A DNA stretch of 37,642 nt, from assembly GCA_002507245.1 (NCBI GenBank), contig DAZI01000030.1:1-37642 (forward strand). The letters are read 5' to 3'. Below the pieces are notes generated by a model, which saw nothing but the letters and a program-made list of their open reading frames with translations, was not told the origin of the DNA and did no database searches. Made by a program: the position numbers and the translations under genes. The stretch is from Candidatus Bathyarchaeota archaeon UBA233 (lineage in GTDB: Archaea; Thermoproteota; Bathyarchaeia; Bathyarchaeales; UBA233). Shown piece by piece: positions 8,027-16,174 of this stretch; the first letter of the stretch is position 1; each line of letters starts with the position of its first letter.

Positions 8027-8626
8027 TTAAATTTTAGGAACCGTGTGCTTCAACTTGGCTTTTAATGTTCTAAAATCATCTTCCAACGCTTCACGGTTTC
8101 TAGCACTGTAAAGCGCCGCTGCTGGGTGATAGGTTGGAAAAACACATACTTCTAAACCTAAGACATGTCCTTTGAAAAATTTTCCGTGAACCTCGCTTAT
8201 GGAGTTAAAATTCAAACCCATTTTCGAGAAAATATACTCAGTGGAATATCTCCCCAAAGTCACAAGATAGCGAGGTTCTATAACTCTGATCTGCTTATCC
8301 AAAAAAGGCGTGCAGACGTGAACTTCCTCAGGTAACGGGCTACGATTTTTTGGTGGTCTACACTTCAAAATGTTTCCGATAAAGACTTCACTTCTTGAAA
8401 TCTCAAGAATAGAAAACAGCGAGTCAAGAATTTTTCCAGCCATCCCCACAAAGGGTTTCCCTTTAACGTCTTCCCAGTAACCTGGGGCTTCACCGATAAA
8501 CATTATTTTTGTTGATGGGGATCCATCGCCCGGGACTGCATTTCTCCGAGTTTTCCAAAGCGAACATTTACGGCAAACATTTATTTCACGGGCTATTTCC
8601 TCTAAAAGCTTCTGTTTCTCGGACAG
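8027..8626 (-). CDS. udg: Family-4 uracil-DNA glycosylase ([4Fe-4S])
   Basis: GEAPG, NILKCRPPKNR, HPAAALY. The frame extends 41 codons upstream of the tracked ATG (8503) to include CRKCSL..TRRNAVPGDG and begins at CTG 8626. Confidence 0.95.
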   Translation of the reverse strand: MSEKQKLLEEIAREINVCRKCSLWKTRRNAVPGDGSPSTKIMFIGEAPGYWEDVKGKPFVGMAGKILDSLFSILEISRSEVFIGNILKCRPPKNRSPLPEEVHVCTPFLDKQIRVIEPRYLVTLGRYSTEYIFSKMGLNFNSISEVHGKFFKGHVLGLEVCVFPTYHPAAALYSARNREALEDDFRTLKAKLKHTVPKI

Positions 8627-8692
8627 CTCTTACAACCTCTTTAAGACATGAACAAAACCTCTAACAGGAAATACTTTCACCGAATTCGGCTG

Positions 8693-8854
8693 TTACTTCA
8701 CCAGTTCACGTTTCTTCCATCGGAGGTTCTTGCTTCGGCATTTCCGGCATTTAACTGCTCCTGGAGCGTTTCGAGCTCCGCACTCCCTACAAATTTTCAT
8801 GTATAACCGATGCTTCTGCGCAATCGCCTTTTTTATCGGATCCATTACTGGCAT
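8693..8854 (-). CDS. rpl40e: 50S ribosomal protein L40e
   Basis: Not in ORF track. MPVMDPIKKAIAQKHRLYMKICRECGARNAPGAVKCRKCRSKNLRWKKRELVK has the L40e zinc-finger pattern. Confidence 0.95.
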   Translation of the reverse strand: MPVMDPIKKAIAQKHRLYMKICRECGARNAPGAVKCRKCRSKNLRWKKRELVK

Positions 8855-8924
8855 ATTCTTTCTCCGTTCGTGGTTGTTGCTATTCTAACGTTCAGCACTT
8901 TTAAATATAGTTTTCTCTCTGTCC

Positions 8925-9803
8925 TTATGTTCGGAGTTTTTGAGCTAGAATTTTAGCTATGTCTCCAGGTTTTTCAGCTATTTCTACTCCAGCGGCTTTT
9001 AGAGCTTCAATTTTTGTTTGGGCTGTCCCAGCTTTTCCCATAACTATTGCTCCGGCGTGCCCCATCCTTTTTCCTGGCGGTGCAGTTCTTCCAGCTATGA
9101 AAGCGGCTACGGGTTTTGGGTAATTTACTTCCTGTATGTATTTGGCGGCGAGTTCTTCAAGATTTCCACCTATCTCACCTATCAGGGCTACAGCTTTTGT
9201 ATGTGGATCCTTTTCGAACATTTCTAGGACATCAATAAAGTTTAGCCCTACAATAGGGTCTCCGCCCAGCCCTAGACATGTGGATTGTCCAAGTTGTGCC
9301 TGGGTTAAACTGTTGGCTATTTCATACGTAAGGGTTCCACTACGTGAAATTATACCTACCATCCCCTGCTGAAAAACGTGAGCTGGCATAATCCCTAACT
9401 TGCATTCGCCCGGGGTTATGATGCCTGGAGTGTTTGGTCCAATGATTGTCGTGTTGTTCTCTTTTGCTAAATGCATTATTTGAATTGAGTCTTTAATTGG
9501 GATGTGCTCGGTAATTATCACTATGGTTTCCATTTTGCTTTCTATGGCTTCTAATGTTGCATCTAACGCGAAGGGTGCTGGGACGAAGATTATTGAGGCG
9601 TTTGCCTCCTCATGTTTTTCTATGGCTTCAGCCATGGTATCATATACTGGGATTCCATGGATTTTGGTTCCTCCTTTTCCCGGCGTTACCCCAGCAACTA
9701 TTTTGGTTCCGTATTCTAACATAGCTTTAGTATGGAATCTTCCCTGCGTCCCCGTGATCCCTTGAACTATGACTTTGGTGTTTCTGTTTACGATGATGCC
9801 CAT
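8925..9803 (-). CDS. sucD: Succinyl-CoA synthetase alpha subunit
   Basis: VIVQGITG, GVTPGKGG, IGPNTPG, SRSGTLTYE, GEIGG, phospho-His motif RMGHAGA. Confidence 0.96.
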   Translation of the reverse strand: MGIIVNRNTKVIVQGITGTQGRFHTKAMLEYGTKIVAGVTPGKGGTKIHGIPVYDTMAEAIEKHEEANASIIFVPAPFALDATLEAIESKMETIVIITEHIPIKDSIQIMHLAKENNTTIIGPNTPGIITPGECKLGIMPAHVFQQGMVGIISRSGTLTYEIANSLTQAQLGQSTCLGLGGDPIVGLNFIDVLEMFEKDPHTKAVALIGEIGGNLEELAAKYIQEVNYPKPVAAFIAGRTAPPGKRMGHAGAIVMGKAGTAQTKIEALKAAGVEIAEKPGDIAKILAQKLRT

Positions 9804-9804
9804 T

Positions 9805-10956
9805 TTATGGTAAACCTCTCTGGGATATTTGAACGGCTTTTTCAGCAGCTTCTTCCATGCTTTCTAGGACATGTATTCCAGCTTCAGACAATACCCGTTT
9901 TCCTTCTTCTTCGTTTGTGCCCACTAACCGTATGACCATTGGTTTATCATACCCAACTTTTTCCTTTGCGTTTATTATCCCCTTTGCAACTTCGTCGCAG
10001 CGGGTTATCCCACCTAAGATATTTATGAAGATTACATTCACTTTTGGATCTGAAGCTACTATTTCAAGAGCCGCCGTTATTCGTTCTGCTGAGGCTCCTC
10101 CCCCCACATCTAGGAAGTTAGCTGGTTGCCCACCGTAATGTTGAACAGCGTCCAGTGTTGCCATAACTAAGCCTGCTCCGTTACCAATTATTCCAATATT
10201 CCCTTCTAGTTTCACGTAAGCCAATCCCTTCTCAAGAGCTTTCAGCTCTTCACGCGAAAACTCCGAGGTTTTTGCTTCAAAAAGTCTCTTCTTGTATTCA
10301 GGATGTCGAAACAATGCATTGTCGTCAATTATTATTCGTGCATCAGCAGCTATGAATTCTCCCGTCGTTGTTTCAACTAATGGGTTCATCTCAACAAGTT
10401 CAGCGTCTAAATCCTCAATTATTGAGTAGAGACTCTGAAATATTGAGGCAAGTTGGGTTTGCTTGGCGCCTGTATAGCCTATTTTGCTCGCTATTTGGCG
10501 GGCATGGAAACTCCGAAAACCGTATTTAGGGTTTATTGGGAATTTAACGAGTTTTTCAGGTGTTTTCTCAGCGATTTCTTCGATGTCTATTCCCCCGACT
10601 GAGGAGGATAAAGCAATATAGCCTTTTTTCACGCGGTCTATAGTTATGCTGAAAAATAACTCAGATTTCACTGGAAGTTTTTCCTCAACCCAGACGCTTT
10701 CAACTTTTAGTCCTTTAATGTTCATTCCTAGAATTCTAGCTGCGCTTTCTTTAACTTCTGACGGGCATTTAGCGAATAGTATTCCTCCCGCTTTCCCCCT
10801 GCCACTCACGAGAACTTGAGCTTTTATGGCTATCGGGAAGTTCAACCTAGAAGCTATTCGACATGCCTCTTCTGGTGACGTTGCTAATTCTCCGCGTGGA
10901 ATAGGGATACCGTAATTTGTGAAAATTCTTTTTGCCTCGTATTCGAAAAGCTTCAT
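9805..10956 (-). CDS. sucC: Succinyl-CoA synthetase beta subunit
   Basis: MKLFEYEAK, KAQVLVSGRGKAGG, EMNPL, GNGAGLVMATLD, PANFLDVGGGA, NILGGITRCD, RLVGTN. Confidence 0.96.
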   Translation of the reverse strand: MKLFEYEAKRIFTNYGIPIPRGELATSPEEACRIASRLNFPIAIKAQVLVSGRGKAGGILFAKCPSEVKESAARILGMNIKGLKVESVWVEEKLPVKSELFFSITIDRVKKGYIALSSSVGGIDIEEIAEKTPEKLVKFPINPKYGFRSFHARQIASKIGYTGAKQTQLASIFQSLYSIIEDLDAELVEMNPLVETTTGEFIAADARIIIDDNALFRHPEYKKRLFEAKTSEFSREELKALEKGLAYVKLEGNIGIIGNGAGLVMATLDAVQHYGGQPANFLDVGGGASAERITAALEIVASDPKVNVIFINILGGITRCDEVAKGIINAKEKVGYDKPMVIRLVGTNEEEGKRVLSEAGIHVLESMEEAAEKAVQISQRGLP

Positions 10957-10976
10957 GGCGATTTTTCACCGAATTG

Positions 10977-11444
10977 CTATTTTAAGGTTTTAATAGTTAC
11001 GTATGATTTGGTTTCTTTCACACCATTTATCGTTGCCAATTCTTTAAGGGTTTCATCGAGTTTGCCTCCTTCTACTATCAGAATTGCATCTATGTCTCCG
11101 GTTACCCTGAAAATCCTTTGGGCTGGAAGGCGGCTCATTTTTTCGTATGCTTGTTCTCTGTTTCTAGGCGTAACTTTAATGAATATGAAGGCGGGATTTA
11201 CTGATATTCCAAGAAGATTTAGTCCTTTCTCAGTTATGTCAATGAAGCCTCTTCCGGTGCGTATGTATCCCATGTCTCTAAGCCGACGTAGATGAACGTT
11301 TAGGGCTTGCCGAGTTATGCCTAGTTCTTCAGCGAGTTCGCTTTGCTTCAATGTCACAGTATAGTTTGTTGTAGGCGAGCTTTTTTCGAAAAGCGTGTGC
11401 AACAGCCTTAATGAACGTCCAGTGATAGGTTTTTGTTTCCGCAT
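10977..11444 (-). CDS. Lrp/AsnC-type transcriptional regulator (wHTH + RAM domain)
   Basis: HTH QSELAEELGITRQALNVHLRRL, followed by a RAM-domain pattern FRVTGDIDAIL...INGVKETKSYV. Confidence 0.85.
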   Translation of the reverse strand: MRKQKPITGRSLRLLHTLFEKSSPTTNYTVTLKQSELAEELGITRQALNVHLRRLRDMGYIRTGRGFIDITEKGLNLLGISVNPAFIFIKVTPRNREQAYEKMSRLPAQRIFRVTGDIDAILIVEGGKLDETLKELATINGVKETKSYVTIKTLK

Positions 11445-11647
11445 TTTCTTTCACCAATCATTTTAAGCCTTTCCTTTACATTCGTAACGCTTATTTAAAG
11501 TTTATTTTGCCAAACCTTTATTATAGTCTGGAACGGCAAATATTTTCGATGAAGATATACTGCTGGTTTAACCGCAACGTATTTATTTTGCGATAAAAAA
11601 GCTTATGAAGCCATATAGAACATGAAAGCGAGGAGTGAGGCGGTACA

Positions 11648-11926
11648 ATGTCTGAAAGCAACTCAGTGCTTGTCGGGAAAAAGCCAGTTATGAACTATGT
11701 GCTGGCTTGCATAACCCTCTTTCACGGCGGAGCAAAAGAAGTAAGCGTTAAAGCCAGGGGAAGGGCAATCAGCCGAGCCGTCGATGTTGTCGAGGTTGTT
11801 CGACGCCGATTCCTACCAGATGTAAAGATTAAAAAGGTAGGCATTGGCACGGAGCAAGTGGCACCCACTGAAGAGGGTGGCACGCCCACCAACGTCAGCA
11901 CTATTGAAATCACTCTAGAACGCTAA
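11648..11926 (+). CDS. albA: Chromatin protein Alba
   Basis: [49 protein letters not shown] upstream. Confidence 0.98.
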   Translation: MSESNSVLVGKKPVMNYVLACITLFHGGAKEVSVKARGRAISRAVDVVEVVRRRFLPDVKIKKVGIGTEQVAPTEEGGTPTNVSTIEITLER

Positions 11927-11994
11927 GCGACGCATGCTTCATAGATGTGCAAAGCTCCGCCGCCCCTCCTTTATTTGTGGAGGGCATATCTTTA

Positions 11995-12504
11995 GTGAAA
12001 ACGGTATTGTGCAAATTCTGCCTGCAAAGCGGAATACTATGCAAAAAATGCGAGTCAAAGCTCAAGTCTGGGGAGATAACCCAGACAGATTTGAAAGTAG
12101 CTCGAATACTCTTGTCTCTGGAGAAACGTTTCCCCTCGCTTCAGGATGTTTATTTCCACAAAGCCGTTGAAGCCAATGGAGCCCTCGCTATAATTGTGGG
12201 GCAGGGGCAGGTTTCTCGGCTATTGGGTTATGGTGGAAAGATAATTAAAACGCTTGGCGAACAAACTGGGAAAAACATTCGTGTAATAGAATATGGAACT
12301 AACGATCGAAAATTTTTGGAAGACCTTTTCGCTCCGTTGAGCATAGTTACCATAAACACTATTTGGTTACCAGACGGTAGTACTGAAACGAGAGTCATTT
12401 TAAAGAAGCCTAGAAGAAGTTCTCTTAGAATAAATGTGGAGGCTTTAAAAGAGATCGCGCAGAAGGTTAAGGATATGATCTTACGTGTGGAATTCACTGA
12501 TTAG
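11995..12504 (+). CDS. NusA-like KH-domain protein with N-terminal Cys4 zinc motif
   Basis: GTG at 11995 after GGAGG. CKFC...LCKKC, KH loop LLGYGGKIIK, and INTIWLPDGS. The alba/nusA-like/aspS order is recognisable from other archaea. Confidence 0.82.
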   Translation: MKTVLCKFCLQSGILCKKCESKLKSGEITQTDLKVARILLSLEKRFPSLQDVYFHKAVEANGALAIIVGQGQVSRLLGYGGKIIKTLGEQTGKNIRVIEYGTNDRKFLEDLFAPLSIVTINTIWLPDGSTETRVILKKPRRSSLRINVEALKEIAQKVKDMILRVEFTD

Positions 12505-12517
12505 CGAGAGGGTTCCT

Positions 12518-13837
12518 GTGGAAATCGATGTGTTAGGGGACTGGCAGAGGTCTCATTACTCAACACAGATTGTGCCTGAACTGGATGGAAAAAAGGTAAC
12601 TGTCTTTGGCTGGGTAAGAGAAATCCGTGACCTAGGTGGGATTCTATTCATAATCCTACATGATCGAGAAGGCACTGTGCAGATAACTGTTCCACGGAAA
12701 AAACTCGACCGGGAAATTGTGGCAAAGGCAGAGAGGCTTCAGCGTCAATATAGCATAGGCGTAAAAGGGGTCGTTAAAAAAACCGAAATGACCCCTCGCA
12801 GAGTGGAAATAATCCCTCAGGAAATACGTATCTTCGGATTGGCGAAGCAACCTCTCCCATTGGACATTACAGGAAAAGTTTCAGCTGGGATAGATGTACG
12901 ACTTGACGCTAGGGTTTTAGATTTATGTCAAGAAAGAAGCCGTGCTATATTCAAAATACAACATGAGGCTTTGAAGGCTGTACGCACTTTCCTCTCTGAA
13001 AGCGGCTTTATGGAGGTTCATACTCCCCGTATAATCGCTACTGCAACAGAGGGTGGAGCAGCTCTATTCCCAGTCGAATACTTCGACAAAAAAGCGTTTC
13101 TTGCTCAAAGCCCGCAATTATATAAAGAAGAACTTGTGATAGGATTCGAAAAAGTCTTTGAGATTGGACATTTCTTCCGAGCTGAAGAGTCTCACACACG
13201 TAGGCATATAAGTGAATTTGTTTCCATCGACATTGAACAAGCCTTCGCAACGGCTGAAGATGTTATGCAAATTCTTGAAGGGCTCATTCACCACGTTTGC
13301 AAGACTGTGAAACAAAACTGTGTAAAGGAACTCCAAACTCTCAACTATAATTTCGAGATTCCGGAACTGCCTTTCAAGCGTTTTACTTACACAGAAATCT
13401 TGGAAGAATTAAAAAAGGTTGGGGTGGAAATCCCTTGGGGTGAGGACATTCCTACCCCTGCTTTCAGAACCTTAGGTGAAATGCATCCATACTTCTATTT
13501 TATAACTGAGTGGCCTACCCAATCCAAGGCTTTCTACATTAAACCGAGGGAAGATAACCCAGAAATATGCGAGGGTTTTGACCTTATGTGGGAATGGATT
13601 GAACTAGCCTCTGGAGGCTCCAGAATTTCAGATAAAGAGCTTCTTGTAAAACGTTTAAAAGAGAAAGGCTTGAGCCCCGAGTCCTTTAAGCATCATCTAA
13701 AAGCGTTTGATTATGGCATGCCGCCTCATGCGGGATGGGCCATTGGCCTAGAAAGGCTAACAATGATGCTTACTGGGATGAAAAATATACGAGAAGTAGT
13801 GTTGTTCCCGCGAGACAAGTTTCGGCTAACACCATAA
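12518..13837 (+). CDS. aspS: Aspartyl-tRNA synthetase (archaeal, probably non-discriminating)
   Basis: GWVREIRDLGG, LAQSPQLYKE, FRAEESHTRRH, GMPPHAGWAIGLERL, LFPRD. Probable GTG start at 12518. Confidence 0.97.
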   Translation: MEIDVLGDWQRSHYSTQIVPELDGKKVTVFGWVREIRDLGGILFIILHDREGTVQITVPRKKLDREIVAKAERLQRQYSIGVKGVVKKTEMTPRRVEIIPQEIRIFGLAKQPLPLDITGKVSAGIDVRLDARVLDLCQERSRAIFKIQHEALKAVRTFLSESGFMEVHTPRIIATATEGGAALFPVEYFDKKAFLAQSPQLYKEELVIGFEKVFEIGHFFRAEESHTRRHISEFVSIDIEQAFATAEDVMQILEGLIHHVCKTVKQNCVKELQTLNYNFEIPELPFKRFTYTEILEELKKVGVEIPWGEDIPTPAFRTLGEMHPYFYFITEWPTQSKAFYIKPREDNPEICEGFDLMWEWIELASGGSRISDKELLVKRLKEKGLSPESFKHHLKAFDYGMPPHAGWAIGLERLTMMLTGMKNIREVVLFPRDKFRLTP

Positions 13838-13913
13838 AACTTCTCTATAAAAATTTTCCATGTATAAATAAACCCAACTGTTCCCTACTATAGCTTAAGG
13901 GAGGTATTGCCAC

Positions 13914-14357
13914 TTGAAAAAGAACATATTCATAGTTGGAATAGTTTCATCATTTCTAATCTTAAGCTTAATTCTCTCTAACGCTTCACTAACCCAAGGA
14001 AAAGAACATTTCGAAATTGAGTGTATCCAACAAAGCGGAGTGGTTGACAAAGCACCTGGAGAAGAGTTTACTGTTAAAATTACCTTCAGAAACACTGGAA
14101 AAACTGTTGGTTCATGGAACATTAACATAGCTTTTGAAGGAGAGAACTGGAGCTGGGCAGGCGTAGCACAACACTTGACTTTGAAGCCTCACCACAGGGG
14201 GACTCTAACTTGGAAAGGAGAGGTTCCTGAGAATGCTCCTGCACGTAGCATTGCAAGGCTCATTGTGTATTTCAACGGAAAGTTTGTTAGGCTAGACTGG
14301 TGGATTCGTGTTACGGAAGCAGCAGAACTCTCCATAGTTTCCAGTACTGTGAAATAA
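13914..14357 (+). CDS. Secreted or membrane-anchored Ig-like (CARDB/NEW3-type) domain protein
   Basis: MKK plus hydrophobic signal; PGEEFTVKITFRNTG...LTLKP...VPENAP beta-sandwich pattern. GGGAGGT SD before TTG. Confidence 0.75.
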   Translation: MKKNIFIVGIVSSFLILSLILSNASLTQGKEHFEIECIQQSGVVDKAPGEEFTVKITFRNTGKTVGSWNINIAFEGENWSWAGVAQHLTLKPHHRGTLTWKGEVPENAPARSIARLIVYFNGKFVRLDWWIRVTEAAELSIVSSTVK

Positions 14358-14369
14358 TTTAGGTATCCG

Positions 14370-15752
14370 TTAAAATCCTGCATCAATAACGTTCTGAGGT
14401 TTCATAAACTCCCGAAGAACAATAGTGGCATAAGAACCTCGAAGTAGCATAAACCTTAATGTGACCATTCGCTTCGAAGGATTAGCCGAATCTTCCCGCG
14501 GAGAAGTGAACGAAAAATCTTGAACAATTGTTACGCATGTTCTTAAACTTCCTTTTAGGCTTATTTCCTTCCATCCGGAAATCCGGAAATCCATGCAGGA
14601 AACTTTATCTTCTTCTAATATGCTTTGTTCGATTTCGCCTTGAACTCCACCAGAAAGGTTTTGCCTATAACCCGGCAAGGGTAAGGCTATACGCATTTTT
14701 CCTTTTTCTATAGCAGCCTCTATTTCTGTGAAGTTTTCCTCTCTTACAATTTCGTGTTTGGAGGTTGGTAACCCATATTTGTCTACCCATACTGCAAAAT
14801 CGCCTATCTGTGGCTGATTGAGCGGTATTTTTTGCTTTATTCTCTGGCTTAAAAACCTGTTGAAAAGGTAAGATTGATATGCCTGAACAAAGAGCCTGCG
14901 GAGTTGAAGTGGTAGTTTACGAAATGCGCCGACAAAGTCTCTAGGGTGCTCCGCTAAATGCCCTAACATTAGTCTTTCATACTTCAAATGTTTTGGAAAA
15001 TAATCCCTTGCTGTTTTGAAATCTTGATTCTCAGAAAGCCTTCTACGTGCTTTGCGGGAAATTTCATGCTCGAACGGGCTGGGGGCAGCTAGAAAAAGCA
15101 TTGCCGCCTCTTCAACGTTTCCCTTCACTAAAGCTTTTCCAACTTTATGTGTGATAGGGCGAGTTGTTCCAAACCGTTGATGCCCAAAAAAGTTAGGAAT
15201 CCCACCTAAAGTTTCCAGTTGCTTCCATGTTTCGCTTATCCTTTTTTTAACTTCAGTTTTTGAGTGAGTTATATTCCGTATTGTTATGTTAAAATGATTT
15301 CCAAGAAGGAGATGCGGCGAAACCGTTCTGTGCGAGTATTTAATAGGATTGAGAGTTAAATCTTTAAGACGTACTATTTCAAGCTCCTCTGGATGAACGT
15401 TTCTAAGGCTTATGTGCTGAGCTGTTAACGCCTTTGCATCCTTTATTCCAGCAACCTTAACCGCATTAAAGTCTACGCCTAACTGCTGAGCAATTCGCCT
15501 AACTGCCAGTAGAGTATCCCAACCACGTTTAACCATAACACAGATCAAGTATTTTTTCCAAGCCACCGGAACTAAAGAGATTTTTAAGCTTAGGTTTCTT
15601 TCTTTAGAAACCGTAGCCCTGGAATTATCGAGCAGAACCTCCTCTACAACGAAGTCATCAAAAGAAAAGCGAATGACTCCCCCTATCCCTTTAGTTCGAG
15701 TTGCGTAAACCTCTATTCCCAAATCTTTCTCTAACTGGGGGACTCTAGGCAC
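14370..15752 (-). CDS. truD: tRNA pseudouridine(13) synthase TruD
   Basis: DFVVEE, AGIKDAKALTAQ (catalytic Asp), LLGNHFNI, PNFFGHQRFG, AYQSYLFN, GSYATIVLRE. Probable GTG start at 15752. Confidence 0.96.
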   Translation of the reverse strand: MPRVPQLEKDLGIEVYATRTKGIGGVIRFSFDDFVVEEVLLDNSRATVSKERNLSLKISLVPVAWKKYLICVMVKRGWDTLLAVRRIAQQLGVDFNAVKVAGIKDAKALTAQHISLRNVHPEELEIVRLKDLTLNPIKYSHRTVSPHLLLGNHFNITIRNITHSKTEVKKRISETWKQLETLGGIPNFFGHQRFGTTRPITHKVGKALVKGNVEEAAMLFLAAPSPFEHEISRKARRRLSENQDFKTARDYFPKHLKYERLMLGHLAEHPRDFVGAFRKLPLQLRRLFVQAYQSYLFNRFLSQRIKQKIPLNQPQIGDFAVWVDKYGLPTSKHEIVREENFTEIEAAIEKGKMRIALPLPGYRQNLSGGVQGEIEQSILEEDKVSCMDFRISGWKEISLKGSLRTCVTIVQDFSFTSPREDSANPSKRMVTLRFMLLRGSYATIVLREFMKPQNVIDAGF

Positions 15753-15768
15753 TTCTTTAAACCTTCTT

Positions 15769-16134
15769 TCATAAAAGCGGAAGCTCACCAGTGATTTTAT
15801 CAACTTTAGCTGCTGGAGCAGGGCCTATCCCAAGGCAAGTAACAGTTCCAGGCGGGATTTCGGTTAAACCCCTATCCTCTATCAAGGTGTGGGGTAAACT
15901 TGCATCTTTTGCTTCTTGTTCTAGCGTGAGAAGTTCTTCAAGGCTTTTTACTTTTACAACTATTTTGCGTTGTCCCTCTTTCAGCCATGCTCTCCACCAC
16001 TCAGTAAACTTCTTTCTAGCTTCCTCAGCAGCTGAAACTGCCGCATGCGCAACTTGAACGGCTATTTTCCCCTTGCTCATTTGGAGATCTGCTCTTAGAA
16101 CTATAACCTGTTTGTATTTGAATTCTAGAGCCAT
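15769..16134 (-). CDS. pth2: Peptidyl-tRNA hydrolase Pth2
   Basis: KQVIVLRADLQMSKGKIAVQVAHA, GQRKIVVK, DRGLTEIPPGTVTCLGIGP, TGELPLL. Confidence 0.97.
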   Translation of the reverse strand: MALEFKYKQVIVLRADLQMSKGKIAVQVAHAAVSAAEEARKKFTEWWRAWLKEGQRKIVVKVKSLEELLTLEQEAKDASLPHTLIEDRGLTEIPPGTVTCLGIGPAPAAKVDKITGELPLL

Positions 16135-16174
16135 TGTTTTTAACCTAAATGGGAAAGACTTTTTTACGTTATAG

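Noticed and set aside
9018-11295. Several plus-strand ORFs over sucD, sucC and the Lrp gene (and similar ones over cdc48, fni, mvk, eno)
   Set aside because: Antisense shadows of well-supported genes, with Ser/Pro/Ile-rich non-protein-like composition.
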